Source of the DNA: a virus
Lineage: Duplodnaviria > Caudoviricetes
Length of the DNA stretch: 64,000 nt
Reading direction: 5' to 3' (one strand)
IMG/VR virus record: IMGVR_UViG_3300005077_000489
Location: 147,230-211,229 of that record
Below are positions 22,601 through 29,566 of this stretch, piece by piece. Numbering within the stretch: the stretch's first letter is position 1; the number at the start of each line of letters is the position of its first letter. Under the pieces are notes generated by a model. It did not search any database. It saw nothing but the letters and a program-made list of their open reading frames with translations, and was not told where the DNA came from. The translations under genes were made by a program, and so were the position numbers.

Positions 22601-23078
22601 GTCTATCGTACCGTATCATGATTGGGACGAGATATTTGAAATAACGGGCGGGAAAGCCAAATCTAGTGGAATGCCCAGCAAAGGATTAGAGCCTATAACT
22701 CCGGAGAAACTAGCAAGTATAAATGCTGATGCCTATATGGATTGGCATGATTGGAATTGGACAGAGATACAAAGTTTTTCTTTTAGAGAGGAAGAAAATG
22801 ATAAGTATCCAAAGAAGAAAGGTAGTTCTGGAAAGAAGTGGTCCACAATTCTTATACGTAAGTGTGGAGAGCGGTGGGTACATAGCAAGGCAGGGGCAGT
22901 GATTTCTGGAGACTGCAGCAGCAGTGATGGTTCTGTAGGAGGGCAAGCCCCTGACTGTAAAGACGTAAAACTTAAGTGGGACCCCCCGCGTGCTAGTAGT
23001 TCTTGGCCTGTGTGGAAGTCTGGTGTGTCTACAGATGGAAGAACGCTCAAGCGTTCAGATCCGTGGTGGAGATTTTAA
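13653..23078 (+). CDS. Giant (3141 aa) Cys-rich putative virion protein with coiled coils and Zn-ribbon motifs
   Basis: Uninterrupted 9.4-kb ORF with SD AAGGAG. Contains CKYC...CNC and CPECNKYFVCADSPGQCPYC motifs and two heptad-like helical stretches. Function unknown. Confidence 0.55.
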   Translation: MPSYLKYRIKHTSEQTTSLYDYQALPPDILEQMTNSGVFEETDRNILPSTCTFITRVMYNDIYYYLCGIKIIAQRSDLIASDEREGDGKLLDKEGWNERRVSGALKTKGDNLFQSSEPNKFSYVENAYFKCKYCNMRTASATKHGITTDETIEFPICNCYTPRGGMAITVFDGAVQGNLATGYISNVQNPEEFTNTTQEWGEASSDLEKYMHNVNKPFVAYPNIPQPQSKQPEYPPSDKIGIIYVLLNARARVAPCCYYNSIPWQYTSRYFRLIDLAVAQHKVKCGKAVGTENKFEDFKPYPVSNKTGISDIGVYTYLDESDYYPDSDPDAYFKNILLGRNYDPSLPECGNNRRLIYTLHYAVTGKLTRDIREDDKGKCTDLPQDGIWHYDNNSTFSPRNCNHPSCSVKYQWGHLCNGGGSFDLALGKACPYYENPLMGDKDTNRYSKLQNMYAGDSVTGAAILELMWMCKGGLPWTQEEWETVWRVPYIWSTVPFSPIAYQTDLITDESGKKIKSNLWHTEYKQYAQRTSVDLVTGKIQVKPPVLLPGGTVTLRKRKDASSLEDGERIPDFPTIVRNIQMNATGTIRILWPNPDLKNSTFNVTSPQDYANQLLELKTKVYNKLIWSRDSLGTEVIAYANPFELESGIYCINTAFLVGAWAQKRYELEDALESNDLLTKRVQTILQDLWHDLIRSKIAGASSILDGMPLLKTSISSLGNIIFPQVPLSCLEDINHIIVFGFNKAGMISSYMVKVRPIFCHGYTYQAETSLCTSWKAVWNGRPSLFYNANRLKDINVTEEDGNKILKGSSIMIGNTMYNTSTGIKVDVSTLDYFIAEQQGKLVALINSVGSADSDSLRTSLNNQIISTNSYLTSLIEQRRKQLLDDSSIYTDPKTISEVITYLNERIRYLNNEISIIDRVLKTSLTEQSTLAYQTLKNDYDVERRALQQKVIQLAGSSGGTTTTTSSTPDTDNDEQDEAYDYRSVNRSYSAGKAGNVDILQDTRNYTAGDIDTDENGSITIDSTTELPSPYPSRYYVPYLNPDVTKHKDLDNYYKLLKTATKESITLNIPDNSGVAKWKVLEVSQKTDKILAGSYSFPCSGAKKVVVYSTRDSDNPNNSKGADQPKGVKLTEDLGKWYKTSSCNHMIILIMNPEIFNRHTERMIFSLSGQMSVWDKDASGNLVESKKLIKFVPINYTQVPRAFPGYNRSKDAAQIGFTTEDGVTYSKIQVSEGVEVLELDDNNRHPWVFFAYPVSEETYVQEWRFYDKAWSPVVPNQQLVIIPDKVELDLYIEFAYIAEIYDSFGSDQYKWENNECQTKILHDHPKSGVIRTVMDYTDANNKVDGFTKVPAGSHSMATLWPYARYACRDYEITYAWRDTYKGWELTVQNMLGEWSSSRQGYHNRTFSQPQTLTYYTQGDHDLGTEFQPKIAYKERAVREENMNVGIYDVKRSAYGESFETKTDKSITDKDPINSFPTGEGRVCAPPRSSQGAAYYPYTRCEEYSLYVPRHKTYIWDFLEKWRNKPEENEYLGGLRLRATDWCVKGGTVTRKRQWSKYWYYDPTKETSFLGRSKTRGPVFPLEYKEYYELPTKTVFLKPYSIRTGSESQDCYCPECNKYFVCADSPGQCPYCNSKSIERVTGWDAHWLTLLERVDSESTSYTPQSSEDTEASSVTVTVLKSSGLPNQYYQWRELVTRLFNAWKSNGTYSAQSFTDFEREQARGRTKGWYANIVGGKLEFVNDEGNYQSSAAASAGDASPRDMVTGCEKTDLGKRSDLGSFQISDGYIPGSVDFSSSTTSNELDTLESEVTIATEQVAAIEADLENFRSWRNTMTSSPHTLYEVGGVTYSLRVCSDPEYYKGEECIDTKISALESQLVEATNVMNKKEGILYDKYQNTAAGYIRKDIATKAAKARTQIEASCMRYYEYTQKSFGYNLPWSPYDSPPLFGNMGREFWGVDLCTLGSVISWLPRRATKIIQVNNWNGSSDNTKIPSWWTAGNPEGEPLELITLLNPPIECTRAISLMSSTAQNPFYNYVMYDKPFYETIPSPATSNETNIFENRYWVKDLRIVTKHDTGHYGEQGYRSDVGRFVIFGREGDHTRDFKVHGDSPSHYDYYENIFDTITGFSSGSSGSTETSVPPLYYIEGKDVKGFSVGHNETMSVGDYYPGYFSPINHSKFFTGFQSSPAGTNNIHWAWPVSNKDILRRSKRLVRWYADQITSNADNTDVKFEADYKEDEGINALSYLACAPYLKKRTTTGEDDGREISGGPKLKEDTNSRTLYNNEVRHKNTYFAIVAESERVYGGVLRPPLIWVEQIDNKNLTEIGHFKVPSSDSMPHRIKTDGTLQPVKLDEGDENFKNADGSPSYKTAFSTGSISDLSNNYVNPADGANLFTSKGVNSSGYFPGFIADYIDYSYIGKVYNEKRLYDLTTVSGNRWANTRLTKKISSFGQNNHEVTGTITIPRFEANASHIELKLNYGFEDGIISKLFTNYSDAITLQIRVYGSPVPGVNLTTGNFDKTLTKSIPLSNSDLTEDGSVIFDLDFLMTKSIAIECTFLVHMNVTDFYLGPWKGKETKIEVGKTVPDAGNYCYFKDLFDYVKLGILFPGKCAEVVEVEERGFVITTGGSCFHTTSTGKTKDPKEDTKTSTQYNFFTDSQSYWYKPNWSESYNRTDPKEGWWQNSGRSDDAWVTEGYKAMLASLQESDSNIGKVPKAEVFPKVCVEIPELCYSRLKMEAWENDIPSVEGKDWTWGGVWTTRMSGPEWTTNDQYPSRDKIWWPAIPYGEGHLTFKGRYFSFGQQYKDEARVRNNSNKRVIDTNDKYNEYAYKYELTAFDALLKSVEQIENLSAEQRRSLAYSRHYGGSVPNSIAPGQPYNSSISYSTTAGTTLGNFSGRSANDALQDVMKTSDWANNMANSATDAIYDTVNNARNYIVADRRQWRLLEEVAMDVDEVSWDLLRNREEIPQKEIFGLAESRNDMGGRIRMKSIVPYHDWDEIFEITGGKAKSSGMPSKGLEPITPEKLASINADAYMDWHDWNWTEIQSFSFREEENDKYPKKKGSSGKKWSTILIRKCGERWVHSKAGAVISGDCSSSDGSVGGQAPDCKDVKLKWDPPRASSSWPVWKSGVSTDGRTLKRSDPWWRF

Positions 23079-26000
23079 TGAGTATCTCAGAATTTAATGT
23101 TAATGTAGAATCTGAATATAATGTGTTAAATGAGTGTAGGTACATTCGTAATAAGGACCGATGTATATATGACTCTAACGTAGGCTATGAAGCCCGCTTT
23201 GATAAGGGTGATAATGGTTTTACAGATAATTTTGGAATGAACTGGTTCATGGCTACCGGCTACTTCATGTGGGGTATATCTACACAAACTTCTTGTTACA
23301 TATCTTTAGCAGAACCCTTAGCATACAGTTTTGAAGCAGATTTTTTCCCTGATTTTGACTTGGATTTATTATTACGTTATGATGATAATTATGTAACATT
23401 ACCAACTAATTTAAATGCCAGATTAATATGGAAAATGGAGACGGATGCAGATTGGCATGCCGATGCTGTAGTAGACTTTACTGTATACCCGGATGGAATA
23501 TGGCATAGGTATAGCATAAATATGTTGGAAGAACCACGGTGGGTGGGAAACTGCGTTGATCTGCGGTTATATATATTTACTGACGGAGCAAAAGATGTAG
23601 AATTTATAATAAAGCGTCTCGCCTTCAAATCGGATTATTATTTTAAATGTAAATTTCCTCCTTGTGCTTATAATAGGAGTTATAAACATCCTTGCCAAGG
23701 AGTCGGTACTTTCGCAAGGGCATATAGTAGTGAGAGGCGTCGGACAGTAAAGATAGATGATGATAATTCTAGATTGGGGGTAAGCATAGATAGATACCCT
23801 GTAAAATATATAGATTTGGATCTGAGCCACTGTATAGATTGTTGGTCTGTGGCACAAGATATTACACTGAAATTAAATACATTATCTTTCGGTGGTTACA
23901 AGTTTGCGGAGTGTATCTATGATGATATAGAAGAAAATTTTTCCATATATACAGGGACACGCGGAAGTTCCGGGAGTGTAGAGATATATCATGGCGGAGA
24001 AAAAGATGCTACAGAGGAGCTGGGATTTTCTGTTTCAGGAACCGGAGTTAGGGCATGGCGTACAGAAGTAGGTTTAGATCCGGTAGATGGGTTCCAAGAA
24101 GCCTACCAAAAACTTCCAGCCAGTATTCTTTATAGATTACCTAATTCAACTGTAACCACCATAAATTATGATCCGGCTAAACCTATTACTGAGATTGGTA
24201 GGTCAGATTTACTGGGGTTACCAAGTGAAACAGTATTTCAGGAATCAGTTATTGAGGGTTTCATACAAATAGATATTTTTGGACAATCAACTTACGGTGG
24301 TAAAATAGATTATATAGAATTTAAAGGTGAAATTATAAGTAACAAAAGTAGGTTATTACTACTAAGACCTAGTAGCGATAGTTCATTTAGTGTTATCTAC
24401 ATAACTACCGTGGATTCATCAGATATGAAACGAGGGCAGGAGACCGTATATAAAAAGAGTGTAGATTGGAACTTAAAACCAGGTGACGTATTTGGTTTGT
24501 ATATGTGTAAGCCGGTTATACATACTGAAGACAACCCTAAATTAAAACCCGAGATGGTCTATAAATATTCTTGGGTAGAAATTAGAAAATACAATATAGC
24601 TGTAGGGGATGAACTCTCTTTTTCTACTAAGGACATAAAATTCTATGGTTATGAAAGTCTACCTGTTTATGGTTACTCTAATATTACTAACCCCGGGCAC
24701 GGTATAGAAGCAGAATTGCGTTATGAATATGGTATTAGTTATGCTTCAGTTATTGGTGATACTAATTCGGATGTTATAGATATAAATTTGATGACTATAG
24801 ATTCCACCCAAGTTAGAATGTCTAGTTCTGTTTCTCCTGGTTCTCTGCAAAGTGCTACAGACTTAGATTTGGCGGTAGAAATAGATTCCGAAACTAACGA
24901 TGCCTTCTGGATAGATTTTTGGTTTCCAGGTTATATACATACGATTTATAAGATGGTTACCTATTATGAGAATGTTAGTAATTTACGTTCTTTTTGCTGG
25001 GAATTTTGGGCAGAGGAAGACGAAAGGATAGGTCTTCAGTGGAATAGATTTTATACATTCTTGACCGAAGCGAATCCTATAGGTAGTGCGGAGTGGTGGA
25101 TACGTCTGTATGACCCCGCGGTGGTTATAATAAACGGATGGCAAGACGCTACTGGAACTCCGTATTTAGGTGCCAATTATGTTACGGCTGACCCGAATGA
25201 TTATTATCCTGGTGTAGAAGAGGACATAGTAACTCTCAGGTCTGATGATGCAACGGGCGTAGTTTGGAATAAATTGGAACAAACGTTCTTTCCTATACAT
25301 ACTCGTGGACTACGTCTATATTGTTGGAGATGGAATAGTTCAAAGGTGACAGGAGTAGAGATTTATGCCAAGTTCGAAAGTGCACAAAGTATATTACAAG
25401 CCATAGAAGCCTATGGGTGGAGTGGTCCGGAAGTCTTTTCTACAGAAAAATATGATATAGTTGACCTAGAAGGTCAGATATGGCGTTCTTCTAATATTAG
25501 TAGGGCAGAAACAGTTGATTATAAATATGATTTGGACTTTCAAATACAAATGGATGAAGATGAGGCTACTGATATATTACTTTCTCCTGTTGGTACTACC
25601 CTCCGTAAATTAGATTTTGATGTAAAGGGTCTACCCGCTAGGATACAGCAGATAAAGTTAATAGGTCAGAAGCTAGCAGTAAGACTAGAGGCGGGGTCTG
25701 AACACGAGCCTATTACGGAAGTAGCCAACCTATCTTGGGGTGCTCCTTCCGATGGTCGTGACTTTACTTATGGACCTTCTAAGGAATATAGGATTTGTAA
25801 TGATACTGGTCATCGTGCCAATCTTATATTGAATATAGCAAATCCTTTAGCAATAGACCAAGCATGCGTTTTTTCCAGCGATTTATCGTCACTTGCTTCC
25901 TTAGAAGATCCTTACAGAGGTATTAGAGCGGAACTAATTTGTGCAAACGATTTTGAGATATGTAATCATAGGTCTATAAATTACCATGCACGGGCATACT

Positions 26001-29000
26001 CAATCCTTGCAGCAGAACCAATCTCTTGGTATTCAACCAGTACTAGTGGTATCGTGTGGCAAACACTAGTTTCTGGTAATCCTTTTTCAGATACATTTAG
26101 ATGGAACGAACCTAAAGATCCTTTTAGTAATTGGAATATTTTTAACTGGGCTAATTCAGAGGAAATAACTGTAGACAGCGGCACCCTAAATTTCTCTGTC
26201 TCTTCTAAAGCACCAAATGTAGAGCGTGGACAGTGGTTAAATCCTACCTATTTTCAAGATGTACAAAAAGAATCAACCTTTTATTTGGAAACAAAAGTAC
26301 CCACCGCTGTAGCACAAACTGCTGGCGTCGATGTGTCTGCTGGAATAGTCCTATGGGATGATAATGATATAAATAAATATGTTCGTTTAGAGCGTTACTC
26401 AGGAAATAATGTATCTACAGTGTCCGGGCTTTCTTACGGCGATTTAATACATTTAGATGTGCCCTTTGGTGATTACATACGTTACGGAGACCAATCATAT
26501 TATACATTAATATCAGGAGTTAACCCCACAATATTAAGTGTTGATAGACCGGAGTATGGATTACTCTTTAGAATTGCTAAGAATGCAGAAAAAGTCGAAT
26601 TTGCTTATAGATTACCGTGGGACACGTGGACTACAGTTAGTGCTTTCTCTTTGTCTGGTTGGTCAAAGGATTTGCGTATTGGTGTATTTGGGTCCGCCCA
26701 GGCGGTTTCCAGAGATACCGTCGATACGCTGTGCGAAGTTAGTTTTGATTATGTATCATATAAGGCAAGTACTAATAGGTATACAGAACCGTTCGACTAC
26801 TATTTCGACTTCGACGACTTTGTAAACAACCACGGATTGTGGACAGCACACAATGCTGAGACAACCGCTATTCTAAGCTCAACTGCAGCATCAGGTATAC
26901 ATATAAAAAGACACTTTGGTAGAGGAACCTATAGTTTTTTTGACAAATATTTAAACAGTCCTGCGTTACTTACGGATTGGGGGTCCACAAAAGATTATAG
27001 TGATGCGTGGTTTAGGATAGCGGACTATGACGAGACCACCCTAGCCACAGGTACTTTAACAGCAGGGGTACTAATCAGAGATGCTGGTAATCCTCTAGTA
27101 AATTATGCTATATATGGTCTCAATAAACCCGATAGATTATTATTAACAATAACCGGTAGTAATTATTATATACCGATAGATCCAATTACTAGCACATCTG
27201 GAATTTATCTAAGTGTACAGAAGGGTGTAAATGTATTGATATTTAATTATTCTTACGATGGTAATATCTATAATGTTGCTTCGGGTATAACTACGTATGG
27301 ATGGTCACAGGAAACGGCAGTAGAACTAGGGTTTTCCTCAGATTTTAATGATGTTACATTTAGTAATATAGAAGTAGGAGCGTCTATGTTTGGTGCCACA
27401 GATGTAACTGCTGAGTTTGAACCGCCCTTACCGGTGCTTAATATTTATGGGCGGGGAGGAGATATTACTAATATACAGTATGCTACTACTGTGACTGGTA
27501 TAGAATATACTACTTTTTCTGATGTATCACCACCTACAACTAAGTTTATAAAATTTACTAAATCGAGGGACGTCGAAATAGATACTAATGCGATAAAAGT
27601 AATACCAGACCCTAGAATGGCTAAGGCAGTGGGATATCCTTTACAACAGTTAGAAATTCCAGATTATAATCAGCAATTGTATGATTATGCCGGTAATATA
27701 CAAATATCTGATGGGCTAGTTACTTCTTCCGGCGGAGGCTGGTCTCAAGATTTAACATATAAAGGTATTCCACAGTTTGATATACCTGTTATGGCTATAG
27801 ACTTGGGGAGTATATTTGAGTTAGGACGTAACCCCTTGTCCATATCTTCCGCTAAAGGACGTTTTTCAGACAGTAATACTGATTATTTGATAGATGTCAG
27901 TTGGCCCTCTGTATCCTACGACGAATGTGGTTTTAAAAGGAAATGTCTTTATAGTTCTAATAATGAGTGTACTGCCACGATAGAGTGGGGTAAACCCAAG
28001 ATGATTTACGAAGGGGAACAGGGATCTATAGACTATTATTTTGCTGGTGAGTGTAATGGTGTTTCCACAACTGCGGGGAGTGTAAACAAAGCCTGCCCAC
28101 TGTTCAATTCGGGGAGGGGTCGTTGGTGGTTATTAGAGAGTACCAATTACAGTAATACTACGGTTTCCGCTGGTGCCGTGTGGTTCCTAGGTCCTCTAGA
28201 AATTAATCATATACAGAAACCATATCCCATAACTAATAATATAGACTGGTGGACAACTGACTATGGGCTCATGCACTACATTGATAATACGGCATATTAT
28301 CCGGATTATACGTTGGTTTATAGTTATCCGGGGCTAAATGTAGAAGGTTCTGTTTATTTTAATGGTTTGGGAAATCCCTATTGGAAACTTGCTACTGACC
28401 ATGAATGGACTTTCGAGGACAAATTTTCTATTGATTTATCTTTGAATAATCCTGGTAATATTGATAAAATAGAAATACGTCTTGGAAGAGACCCGCAATG
28501 TTGCTGGTTATTTACTGTAACAGGTACATTGACACAGACATGGAGTAGTCATACATGGTTGTTCAAAGATGCGGAAGTTATTATAAATAGTGACATAGCA
28601 CTAGAAGAACCAGTTTATACGCAGCACGACATGGAGTTTTATCAAATAGAAAATTCCCCTTATCGTCCATTGCCTTATCTAAACCATGGGTATGTGGAAG
28701 TAACTGTTTCTGGTAGTGGTTATTCTGACATTTATATGAAAAATATGAAGCACATCCGCTCCAGATTTGCCGACGATTACTTATTCCTCGGTATAAACGA
28801 TTCTTTATATATTCCGGAGTTAGATTTAACCAATAAAGGAACCATACAATTTGATTATTATCCTTCTGAGGCTGCCGTTAATTTAGTTGAGGGAGACCCT
28901 CGTAGTTTCTTGTACTCTATTGCTACTGTTAGTAATGCTAATACAGGCTTGTGCTTGGTACTCAGTATGCAATTTGGTTGGACTATCTATTGTTTTTCTC

Positions 29001-29566
29001 CAGAAGAGCAAGTAATATTAGACTTCTTACCCCCCAAGGATATTGCAACCCGGGTCATTCCTAGTCTATCTAATCCAGGTCCATTCCGTATTGTCATGAG
29101 CTGGTGTCCTCCCACTATTCCTGGACTGACTGATACTGTAGCATTGTGGGTTAATGGTTACTTGGTTTGTAATGGCTTGTTTGAATCTTTGGAAAATTAC
29201 TTCAAGACTGATGATATACGGGTGACATTAGGACGAGGAGCAAGTGTTTTTGATTACCAAGAAGACAATGAGATGGCAGCTTATGCAAAATTTAAAAATT
29301 TAAAAATCTATAAACAATCTGTTAGTAGACCTGACATAGATTTAGACAGCACTGCATTAATACCGGAAAATTTATTTGAATTATCCACAGACGGTTCTAC
29401 CTGGAAGTCCTTTTTAAATAATGAACTTCCTATAAAAGTACATGGCGTTGAGCACGGAGACTGTACTACTTTTTACTTGAGGAATATACGTCCTAGGAAA
29501 GAGATAAAAGCACTACATACTAGATTTACGGCTAATTTAGAAACTATGTGGGAGGTCTCTCAGTGA
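23078..29566 (+). CDS. Large virion protein with CBM-like and multiple ConA/LamG-like domains
   Basis: Start moved from 23003 to ATG 23078 (TAATG overlap, SD GGTGGAG). FTVYPDGIWHRYSINM...WVGNCVDLRLYIF is CBM-like; FYLETKV...AGIVLW...FRIAKNAEKVEFAY is DUF1349-type; GTIQFDYYP...VMSW...ALWVNG...FKNLKIY is LamG-like. Confidence 0.55.
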   Translation: MSISEFNVNVESEYNVLNECRYIRNKDRCIYDSNVGYEARFDKGDNGFTDNFGMNWFMATGYFMWGISTQTSCYISLAEPLAYSFEADFFPDFDLDLLLRYDDNYVTLPTNLNARLIWKMETDADWHADAVVDFTVYPDGIWHRYSINMLEEPRWVGNCVDLRLYIFTDGAKDVEFIIKRLAFKSDYYFKCKFPPCAYNRSYKHPCQGVGTFARAYSSERRRTVKIDDDNSRLGVSIDRYPVKYIDLDLSHCIDCWSVAQDITLKLNTLSFGGYKFAECIYDDIEENFSIYTGTRGSSGSVEIYHGGEKDATEELGFSVSGTGVRAWRTEVGLDPVDGFQEAYQKLPASILYRLPNSTVTTINYDPAKPITEIGRSDLLGLPSETVFQESVIEGFIQIDIFGQSTYGGKIDYIEFKGEIISNKSRLLLLRPSSDSSFSVIYITTVDSSDMKRGQETVYKKSVDWNLKPGDVFGLYMCKPVIHTEDNPKLKPEMVYKYSWVEIRKYNIAVGDELSFSTKDIKFYGYESLPVYGYSNITNPGHGIEAELRYEYGISYASVIGDTNSDVIDINLMTIDSTQVRMSSSVSPGSLQSATDLDLAVEIDSETNDAFWIDFWFPGYIHTIYKMVTYYENVSNLRSFCWEFWAEEDERIGLQWNRFYTFLTEANPIGSAEWWIRLYDPAVVIINGWQDATGTPYLGANYVTADPNDYYPGVEEDIVTLRSDDATGVVWNKLEQTFFPIHTRGLRLYCWRWNSSKVTGVEIYAKFESAQSILQAIEAYGWSGPEVFSTEKYDIVDLEGQIWRSSNISRAETVDYKYDLDFQIQMDEDEATDILLSPVGTTLRKLDFDVKGLPARIQQIKLIGQKLAVRLEAGSEHEPITEVANLSWGAPSDGRDFTYGPSKEYRICNDTGHRANLILNIANPLAIDQACVFSSDLSSLASLEDPYRGIRAELICANDFEICNHRSINYHARAYSILAAEPISWYSTSTSGIVWQTLVSGNPFSDTFRWNEPKDPFSNWNIFNWANSEEITVDSGTLNFSVSSKAPNVERGQWLNPTYFQDVQKESTFYLETKVPTAVAQTAGVDVSAGIVLWDDNDINKYVRLERYSGNNVSTVSGLSYGDLIHLDVPFGDYIRYGDQSYYTLISGVNPTILSVDRPEYGLLFRIAKNAEKVEFAYRLPWDTWTTVSAFSLSGWSKDLRIGVFGSAQAVSRDTVDTLCEVSFDYVSYKASTNRYTEPFDYYFDFDDFVNNHGLWTAHNAETTAILSSTAASGIHIKRHFGRGTYSFFDKYLNSPALLTDWGSTKDYSDAWFRIADYDETTLATGTLTAGVLIRDAGNPLVNYAIYGLNKPDRLLLTITGSNYYIPIDPITSTSGIYLSVQKGVNVLIFNYSYDGNIYNVASGITTYGWSQETAVELGFSSDFNDVTFSNIEVGASMFGATDVTAEFEPPLPVLNIYGRGGDITNIQYATTVTGIEYTTFSDVSPPTTKFIKFTKSRDVEIDTNAIKVIPDPRMAKAVGYPLQQLEIPDYNQQLYDYAGNIQISDGLVTSSGGGWSQDLTYKGIPQFDIPVMAIDLGSIFELGRNPLSISSAKGRFSDSNTDYLIDVSWPSVSYDECGFKRKCLYSSNNECTATIEWGKPKMIYEGEQGSIDYYFAGECNGVSTTAGSVNKACPLFNSGRGRWWLLESTNYSNTTVSAGAVWFLGPLEINHIQKPYPITNNIDWWTTDYGLMHYIDNTAYYPDYTLVYSYPGLNVEGSVYFNGLGNPYWKLATDHEWTFEDKFSIDLSLNNPGNIDKIEIRLGRDPQCCWLFTVTGTLTQTWSSHTWLFKDAEVIINSDIALEEPVYTQHDMEFYQIENSPYRPLPYLNHGYVEVTVSGSGYSDIYMKNMKHIRSRFADDYLFLGINDSLYIPELDLTNKGTIQFDYYPSEAAVNLVEGDPRSFLYSIATVSNANTGLCLVLSMQFGWTIYCFSPEEQVILDFLPPKDIATRVIPSLSNPGPFRIVMSWCPPTIPGLTDTVALWVNGYLVCNGLFESLENYFKTDDIRVTLGRGASVFDYQEDNEMAAYAKFKNLKIYKQSVSRPDIDLDSTALIPENLFELSTDGSTWKSFLNNELPIKVHGVEHGDCTTFYLRNIRPRKEIKALHTRFTANLETMWEVSQ

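Noticed and set aside
23003-23077. 25-aa N-terminal extension of the 2187-aa ORF suggesting a programmed frameshift fusion with the 3141-aa gene
   Set aside because: A TAATG stop/start overlap with a good SD at 23078 explains the junction, and no slippery heptamer is evident.
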